From: Myxococcota bacterium
GTDB taxonomy: Bacteria; Myxococcota_A; UBA9042; PHBI01; JAWLBL01
Assembly: GCA_041687695.1 (NCBI GenBank)
Contig: JAWLBL010000001.1
Coordinates: forward strand, 259,461-323,460
Direction of reading: 5' to 3'
Length of the DNA stretch: 64,000 bases
The notes beneath the pieces were generated by a model. The model had not been told where the DNA came from. It was given only the letters and a program-made list of their open reading frames with translations, and made no database searches. Position numbers and translations under genes: made by a program. How positions within the stretch are numbered: the first letter of the stretch is position 1; every line of letters starts with the position of its first letter. This document shows positions 58,300 to 64,000 of the stretch, one piece after another.

Positions 58300-61200
58300 A
58301 TGAAGTCTCGACACCTCAGCCGTCTTTGGGTGCAGACCGCGGCGTTCGGGCTCGCCGCCGTCGCCGCGCTGTCGCCCGGGCAGGCCCAGGCGCAGGACGC
58401 GTCCGACGCCGTCAAGCCCCTCGTCCTCATCCTGCTCGATACGTCGGGTTCGATGGAGTACGAGTCCGGCACGACGCTGTCGCCCAGCCAGGAGTTCACC
58501 GTCCCGCACTGCGAGGAGCCGACCGCGACCGCGCCGGACTTCGGCATCGGCGTCGGCAACTATCCGAAGTCGCGCCTCGTCGCGGCCAAGGAGGTGCTGA
58601 CCGGGACCTACGAGAACTACTGGTGCAAGTACGACTACCGCACCAACCCCGACTACGAGGACTTCGAGTACCCCATCCCGCACGTGCGGCCGTGCTCGTA
58701 CGACGTGGTGACTGGCCTCAGCAACTGCGACGAGCCGGCCCAGAAGTTCGACGGCCTGCTCGACGTCAAGCGCGACGACTTCAAGTTCGCGCTGATGACC
58801 TTCGACTCGCGCGAGAGCCTCGAGGCCAACGCCGAGGGCATGTACAGCTACGGCCCGGACACGGCGTTCGACATCAACCTGGGCATCCGAAACGAGGTCT
58901 GGGGCGAGCCCAACGACCCCAACGTATGGGGCACCGACGGCTGGTCGTTTTCGGACCAGCACCGCAGCGTGAACAACCGCGGGCAGCTCATCCCGCCGCC
59001 GCTCGCGGACACGTTCAACGACATCCGCGCCCAGAATCGGCTGATGCAGTACGAGGTCGGGACGACGGTGGGCTACTGGGGTACGCCCCTGTCGCCGATG
59101 CTCTCCGATGCCCGCTGGTTCCTGCAGAACCACGAGACCGTCAAGCCGTTCGACGTGAACACCGGCCTCGGTGACCCCTACATCAACTGCCGCGAGCGCG
59201 TCGTCATCCTCATCACGGACGGCCGCGCCAGCCAGGGCGAGGGCGTCGGAGGCTACGGCACCACGATGTCGGCCATCACGGCGCTCAAGAACACGCCGCC
59301 GACGCCGGTGCGCGTCTACGTCGTCGGGTTCAACCTGGCGACGCCCGACGTCAGCATGCTGGCCGACCTGTCGCCCGAAAACGGCGGCCCGGCCAACGGG
59401 GTGTACATCGTCGACTCGCCGCAGGATCTCGCCACGGCCCTGTCGGACATCTTCAACATCGTCATCTCGGACACGCGCAGCCGGTCGAACGTGACCTTCA
59501 CCAACGCGACCCAGTCGATGGTGGACCAGCAGTACCAGCTCAGCGCGGCCTTCCAGCCCGATCCGCTGGTGTCCAACAACCAGATCGGCTACCTGAACCA
59601 GACCGTCTACCGGTGCTCGGCCGAGTGCGGCAACGTCGGCGGCCCCAGCTGCGCCCGCGATCTGGTCCGCATCCACGACCGCCTGAACACCCAGACGGAC
59701 CGGACCCTCCTGACGGTCGTCGCGGGCCTCGTCGCGGCGCTGGACAACTCGCTCCTGGCGCTGGCGACGGACGATACGCTCATGGCCGAGCTCTTCGACG
59801 TCCCCCAGACGGGGCAGCTGCCGAAGCTGGATCCCGTGTCGATCGTCAAGACGGGCTCCTCGCTGCTCGATCTCATCATCAACACGGCCGACGACACGCT
59901 GGGAGACGCGTCCGACTATGCCGTGCAGTACGAGTACATGAAGCAGCTCATCAAGCTGATCCGCGCCGAGGACGGCTCGGTGCGGCAGGGGCGCAAGCTG
60001 GGCGGCATCGGGTACTCGACGCCGATCGTCCAGGAGCCGCCCGAGGTCGGCAAGTACCCGATCCGCAGCTGGAACCAGTACGCCACGACGGTCGACCAGG
60101 ACGTGAAGTACGCGCCGCAGTGCCGGCCCACGATGGCCTACGTGGGCACGCACGACGGGCAGATCCACGCCTTCCGCATCGACCGTCGCGGCCCGAGCGA
60201 GCTGTGCAAGGACCAGGCCGTCCCGGTCCAGGACGAGGACGACATGGGGCGCGAGCTCTGGTCGATCGTGCCGCAGCACCTGCTCAAGCGCTCGCACGCG
60301 CTGGCCTCGCAGGCCATCCACCTGATGAACGGGCAGCCGGTCGTCGCCGACGTGCTGCTGTCACGCAACGATCCCCTGACGGCCAACACGGTCAACGAGG
60401 CGGCCCAGTGGCGCAGCGTGCTGACCACGGGCTACGGCAACGGCGGGACCGGCTACATCGCCATCGACGTGACCCATCCGCTCGAGGGCGAGGACGTCTC
60501 GGTCCTGTGGGAGCTGGACCACGAGTCGCGCTGCTACCAGGGCAACTGCTACGCCCCGAACACGGGGAAGACGAACGACTTCAGCCGTCTGGGGCTGACC
60601 ACGGCCCGGCCGGCCTACGGGACGGCCTTCGTGAACGGCAAGGAGATCGCCATCGTCGTGCTGCCGGGCGGTGACACGCCCGAGAGCAGCTCGAACCCCG
60701 AGGCGGGCAAGGTCGTCTACGTCGCGGCCCTCAGCGACGGACGCAAGCTGGCCGAGTTCTCCAACGCCAGCGGCAACGTGGTCCGGATGGACGGCACGCC
60801 CGTGACCCTGCTGTCCCCGTTCACCGGCAGCCCGACGCTGTACTCGAACGTGCCGGGCGTGGTGACGACGCGCGGCTTCATCGGCGACGCCGGCGGGCGC
60901 CTGTGGCGCATCGACATGAAGAGCAGCGACCCCGACAACTGGCGGCTGCAGCTCTTCCACGACGCCTACGCGGCCGGCGGCGCGGTCGACGGGGCCACCC
61001 TGAGCGACCGCCAGCCGGTGTTCGGCGCGCCCGCCGTGGCCCTCGACGGCCCGTACGGCCACGTCGCGGTCGCCTATGGCACCGGCGCCATCGACTACCT
61101 CGCCAAGACGCCGAACTCGCGGTCGGTCGTCTACTCGGTCTCCGAGGTGACGCAGGTCGATGGCACCATCGACGTCCAGGAGAACTGGTCGAAGGTCTTC

Positions 61201-61704
61201 GAGCCGGGCGAGAAGCTCACCGGCGAGCCCACCATCTTCGCCCAGAAGGCGTACTTCACGACCTTCGTGGAGAACACGCTGGACCTGTGCGCGGCCGGCG
61301 GTGGCCGCCTGTATGGCGTCCACTTCACGCAACACGACTCGACGGCCACCAAGAAGGACAACACGGTCGCGGCCTTCGACGACGACGGCGACCCGACCAC
61401 GCTGTCCGTGGTCAAGTTCGTCAGCACGGGCCAGTCGGTCCCCTACGGCGTGCAGGTCGTCGAGCGCCCATCGTGCCTGCCCGACGGCACCGCGGGCGGC
61501 GGTGGCGGCTTGGCGAGCAGCACCGCTCCGCAGCGCGGCGCCCTCGAGCTGGTGGTCAACGTCGCGCAGGGCGACACGGGCTCGGCCAACACCATCCCGC
61601 CGGGCGTGGACGCCTCGACCATGGGCACCAAGACCCTCACCCACGCGCTCGCCGACTCTGGCGAGACCCTCCACTCGTCGGCCTGGGGCAATGTCCTTTA
61701 CTGA
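58300..61704 (+). CDS. PilY1/PilC-type pilus tip adhesin with N-terminal vWA domain
   Basis: Signal peptide; MIDAS LLDTSGSM, GTPL, ILITDG, YVVGF; propeller YVGTHDGQIHAF, ELWSIVP, GDAGGRLWRID; follows four minor pilins. Confidence 0.9.
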   Translation: MKSRHLSRLWVQTAAFGLAAVAALSPGQAQAQDASDAVKPLVLILLDTSGSMEYESGTTLSPSQEFTVPHCEEPTATAPDFGIGVGNYPKSRLVAAKEVLTGTYENYWCKYDYRTNPDYEDFEYPIPHVRPCSYDVVTGLSNCDEPAQKFDGLLDVKRDDFKFALMTFDSRESLEANAEGMYSYGPDTAFDINLGIRNEVWGEPNDPNVWGTDGWSFSDQHRSVNNRGQLIPPPLADTFNDIRAQNRLMQYEVGTTVGYWGTPLSPMLSDARWFLQNHETVKPFDVNTGLGDPYINCRERVVILITDGRASQGEGVGGYGTTMSAITALKNTPPTPVRVYVVGFNLATPDVSMLADLSPENGGPANGVYIVDSPQDLATALSDIFNIVISDTRSRSNVTFTNATQSMVDQQYQLSAAFQPDPLVSNNQIGYLNQTVYRCSAECGNVGGPSCARDLVRIHDRLNTQTDRTLLTVVAGLVAALDNSLLALATDDTLMAELFDVPQTGQLPKLDPVSIVKTGSSLLDLIINTADDTLGDASDYAVQYEYMKQLIKLIRAEDGSVRQGRKLGGIGYSTPIVQEPPEVGKYPIRSWNQYATTVDQDVKYAPQCRPTMAYVGTHDGQIHAFRIDRRGPSELCKDQAVPVQDEDDMGRELWSIVPQHLLKRSHALASQAIHLMNGQPVVADVLLSRNDPLTANTVNEAAQWRSVLTTGYGNGGTGYIAIDVTHPLEGEDVSVLWELDHESRCYQGNCYAPNTGKTNDFSRLGLTTARPAYGTAFVNGKEIAIVVLPGGDTPESSSNPEAGKVVYVAALSDGRKLAEFSNASGNVVRMDGTPVTLLSPFTGSPTLYSNVPGVVTTRGFIGDAGGRLWRIDMKSSDPDNWRLQLFHDAYAAGGAVDGATLSDRQPVFGAPAVALDGPYGHVAVAYGTGAIDYLAKTPNSRSVVYSVSEVTQVDGTIDVQENWSKVFEPGEKLTGEPTIFAQKAYFTTFVENTLDLCAAGGGRLYGVHFTQHDSTATKKDNTVAAFDDDGDPTTLSVVKFVSTGQSVPYGVQVVERPSCLPDGTAGGGGGLASSTAPQRGALELVVNVAQGDTGSANTIPPGVDASTMGTKTLTHALADSGETLHSSAWGNVLY

Positions 61705-62452
61705 CACGCTACGCGCCTTGGTCCTCTCGGCGGCCGCAGCCGGCCTCGTCGCCGGCTGCGGCTCCGAGCCCCCGCCCTCCCCTCCCCCGGTGGCCGAGCG
61801 GACGCCGCCGACGCCGGGACCCGCAGGACCGGCGAACCTGGACGCGTTCGGCAACCTCAAGGCCGCGGCCGAGCGGGTCATGGGCTTCCACCTGCCCATG
61901 GGCACCGAGCGGCGCGGCGCGGCGCGCGTCGTGGCGGGGATGTACATCGACACGACGGAGGCGCGGCTCACGCGCTTTTATCGCAGCCGCGGCTACACGT
62001 TGACGCGCACCTTGACGGCGCTCGAGGTCTCGCACGCCGAGCGCACCTTGGCCACCTTGCCCGAGTCGGACGCCAAGCGCTTCGCGAACGCCGTGATCCG
62101 CGTCGAGCAGGGCCCCGGGCCGGGTTACACGCTGCGCTTCGACTCTGGCGAGGTCGCGCTGGTCCAGCCGCCGCTCCTGCAGCTGGTCGAGGCCGAGCGG
62201 CAGGCCGCAGGCATCGCGCCGCCGACCGCGACCGTCGGGGGAGACGACGCCGAGGCCAAGGACGACGCGCCCGCTCCGTCGAAGACCACGGCCTACGTGC
62301 CGACGACGCCCAAGCGCCTCGAGCAGCACGAGCTGTCGCGGCTACGCAAGTCGGCCTTCGAGCGCCAGGTGGACCCCAAGCGCGCGCGGGACGTCTCGGA
62401 CCGGGTCTACGAGTGGCAGAAGGCCAACCCGGGGCGCGCCTTCATCGACTGA
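61691..62452 (+). CDS. hypothetical lipoprotein overlapping the pilY1 3' end
   Basis: MSFTDTLRALVLSAAAAGLVAGC lipobox, Pro-rich linker; 14-bp overlap with pilY1. Confidence 0.75.
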   Translation: MSFTDTLRALVLSAAAAGLVAGCGSEPPPSPPPVAERTPPTPGPAGPANLDAFGNLKAAAERVMGFHLPMGTERRGAARVVAGMYIDTTEARLTRFYRSRGYTLTRTLTALEVSHAERTLATLPESDAKRFANAVIRVEQGPGPGYTLRFDSGEVALVQPPLLQLVEAERQAAGIAPPTATVGGDDAEAKDDAPAPSKTTAYVPTTPKRLEQHELSRLRKSAFERQVDPKRARDVSDRVYEWQKANPGRAFID

Positions 62453-62573
62453 CCCGACGCACGCGGCGTGGCGCGAGGGCGGCGATCCCGGGCTTGGCCG
62501 GAGCCGCCGCGATCCGGTAGGAATGGGCGCCGAGGGCACCACGCTGTGACGGGGGCCCGCTCGGAGGTTCCCC

Positions 62574-63635
62574 ATGCGCACCGCTCGCCCGCTGAAGTCG
62601 CTCTTGCTCCAGGTGGCCCTCGCCCTCGTGTTCACCTTCGCCGTGGCTCCCGTAGCCCTGGCCTCGGACGACGCGCGCCTCGGCCTCGGCCTCAAGTCGG
62701 TCGTCTCGGGCAAGGAGCTGCCGGCCATCACCCTGGCCCCCGGCGAGGCGGTCAAGGCGCTGACGGTCAAGCTCGAGCGCGGGGACGGCAAGCGCCTCAC
62801 GCTCAAGGCGGCGGGCCTTCCGGCGGGGCGACCGAAGGTGCTGCCGATCGACCAGCCGAACGGGGTGTTCGCCTACCGGGCCGAGTTCCACGTCGTGTGG
62901 GGCGACAAGTCCACGTCGACGTTCACCACCGAGTTCAAGGCGACGCGGGTCGGCAAGCTCGAGCTTCGGATCGGCGCGGGCGACGTCGACCTCGAGGGGC
63001 GTCGCCTCACGTTCCAGATCACGAACCCGGCGGCCAGCGCCGAGCTGGTCATCCTGGGTGAGCGCGGCAGGGAGCTGGGGATCGTCCGCGAGTCCTGGGA
63101 GGACGCGCCCCCGGGCACGCCGCTGGAGCTGACGTGGGACGCGGTCGAGGGCGACATCGTCCGCATGGATCTCAAGGTGACGGACGTGGCGGGGTTCTGG
63201 GCGGGCATGCAGATCACGCCCTTCTCCATCGAGATCCCCCACGACGAGGTGGTCTTCGAGTCGGGGCAGGCGGCGGTGCGCGACAGCGAGGCGCCCAAGC
63301 TGCAGCGCACCATGGCGCACATCCAGGAGGCGCTGGCGAGGCACGGCACGTTGCTGCAGCTCAAGCTGTTCGTGGCCGGGTACACGGACACGGTGGGCGG
63401 CCGGGCCTCGAACCAGGAGCTGTCGACCCGCCGGGCGGCGGCCATCGCCGGATGGTTCCGCAAGAACGGCTTGAAGATCCCGATCTACTATCAGGGCTTC
63501 GGCGAAGACGCGCTGGCCAAGCCGACCCCGGACGAGACCGAGGAGCCGGCCAACCGGCGCGCGCTGTACATCCTGTCGAGCCAGCAGCCGGGGACCAGCG
63601 CGTCGGTGCCGCGCGGCGACTGGCGGAAGCTGTAG
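62574..63635 (+). CDS. OmpA/MotB C-terminal peptidoglycan-binding domain protein
   Basis: Signal peptide; beta-rich N-terminal region; VVFESGQA, AGYTDTVG..SNQELSTRRA, GFGE, ANRRA. Confidence 0.9.
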   Translation: MRTARPLKSLLLQVALALVFTFAVAPVALASDDARLGLGLKSVVSGKELPAITLAPGEAVKALTVKLERGDGKRLTLKAAGLPAGRPKVLPIDQPNGVFAYRAEFHVVWGDKSTSTFTTEFKATRVGKLELRIGAGDVDLEGRRLTFQITNPAASAELVILGERGRELGIVRESWEDAPPGTPLELTWDAVEGDIVRMDLKVTDVAGFWAGMQITPFSIEIPHDEVVFESGQAAVRDSEAPKLQRTMAHIQEALARHGTLLQLKLFVAGYTDTVGGRASNQELSTRRAAAIAGWFRKNGLKIPIYYQGFGEDALAKPTPDETEEPANRRALYILSSQQPGTSASVPRGDWRKL

Positions 63636-63678
63636 TCGGTCCTTCGCGCGCGGCGAGGCGCCGCGCACGTCGCGTTCG

Positions 63679-64000
63679 TCACAGGGCGATGGGCGCGGTC
63701 GGGATGATGTACAGGGCGGTCGCCTGATCGGGGACCCCCTGCGCGTCGGTCACCCGGGCCGCGAAGAAGAACCCGGACAGCTTGATCTGCGTGAACGGGA
63801 TGGTGATCTCGACGGCCAGGCTGGTGTCCGTCACGGCGCCGCTGAGGGTGCCGTTGGCGGCCAGGGTCAGGCCGGTCGGCAGGCCCGACTTGGGGATGAA
63901 GGTCTTCACCAGGCCGGGGATGGGCTCCTCGGCCCAGGCGTAGGGCTTCTTGCCGCCCTTGGCCTGCAGCTTGGCGTTGTACGGCACCGGGATGCCGTCG
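63679..64000 (-). CDS. C-terminal fragment of a putative Ig-domain (He_PIG-like) protein, truncated by the window edge
   Basis: LQAKGGKKPYAW...GLPTGLTLAANGTLSG...ARVTDA; open to the window end. Confidence 0.65.
   Translation of the reverse strand, partial: DGIPVPYNAKLQAKGGKKPYAWAEEPIPGLVKTFIPKSGLPTGLTLAANGTLSGAVTDTSLAVEITIPFTQIKLSGFFFAARVTDAQGVPDQATALYIIPTAPIAL

Overview
Very GC-rich bacterial chromosomal window. The gene content (TIGR04551-like barrels, FHA-domain sigma54 activator, CxDGxxCTxDxC repeat proteins, vWA-PilY1 cluster) points to Myxococcota or a relative. The window is mostly housekeeping: trxA-ccsA-hemA-hemC-cobA/hemD-hemB; mreBCD-mrdA-rodA plus a coupled orphan lipoprotein; ppiD-hisG-hisB; hisS; mpl; dksA; CIRCE-controlled groES-groEL; mce; argH-lysA. 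It also holds a complete fimU-pilV-pilW-pilX-pilY1 minor-pilin cluster followed by a lipoprotein and an OmpA-domain protein. Most unusual observations: (1) PBP2 carries an insertion of three tandem CPxD...CxxC zinc-ribbon-like modules in its periplasmic pedestal region; (2) a 4794-aa cysteine-rich, multi-domain surface lipoprotein sits head-to-head with one of two paralogous TIGR04551-like outer-membrane barrels; (3) there is a non-CRISPR 64-65-bp palindrome-rich tandem array, and a second, degenerate repeat field after groEL; (4) a perfect AT-rich 14-bp palindrome lies inside an otherwise GC-rich barrel gene. No rRNA, tRNA, CRISPR, transposase or integrase was recognised. All family assignments come from motif recognition by eye; no searches were run.
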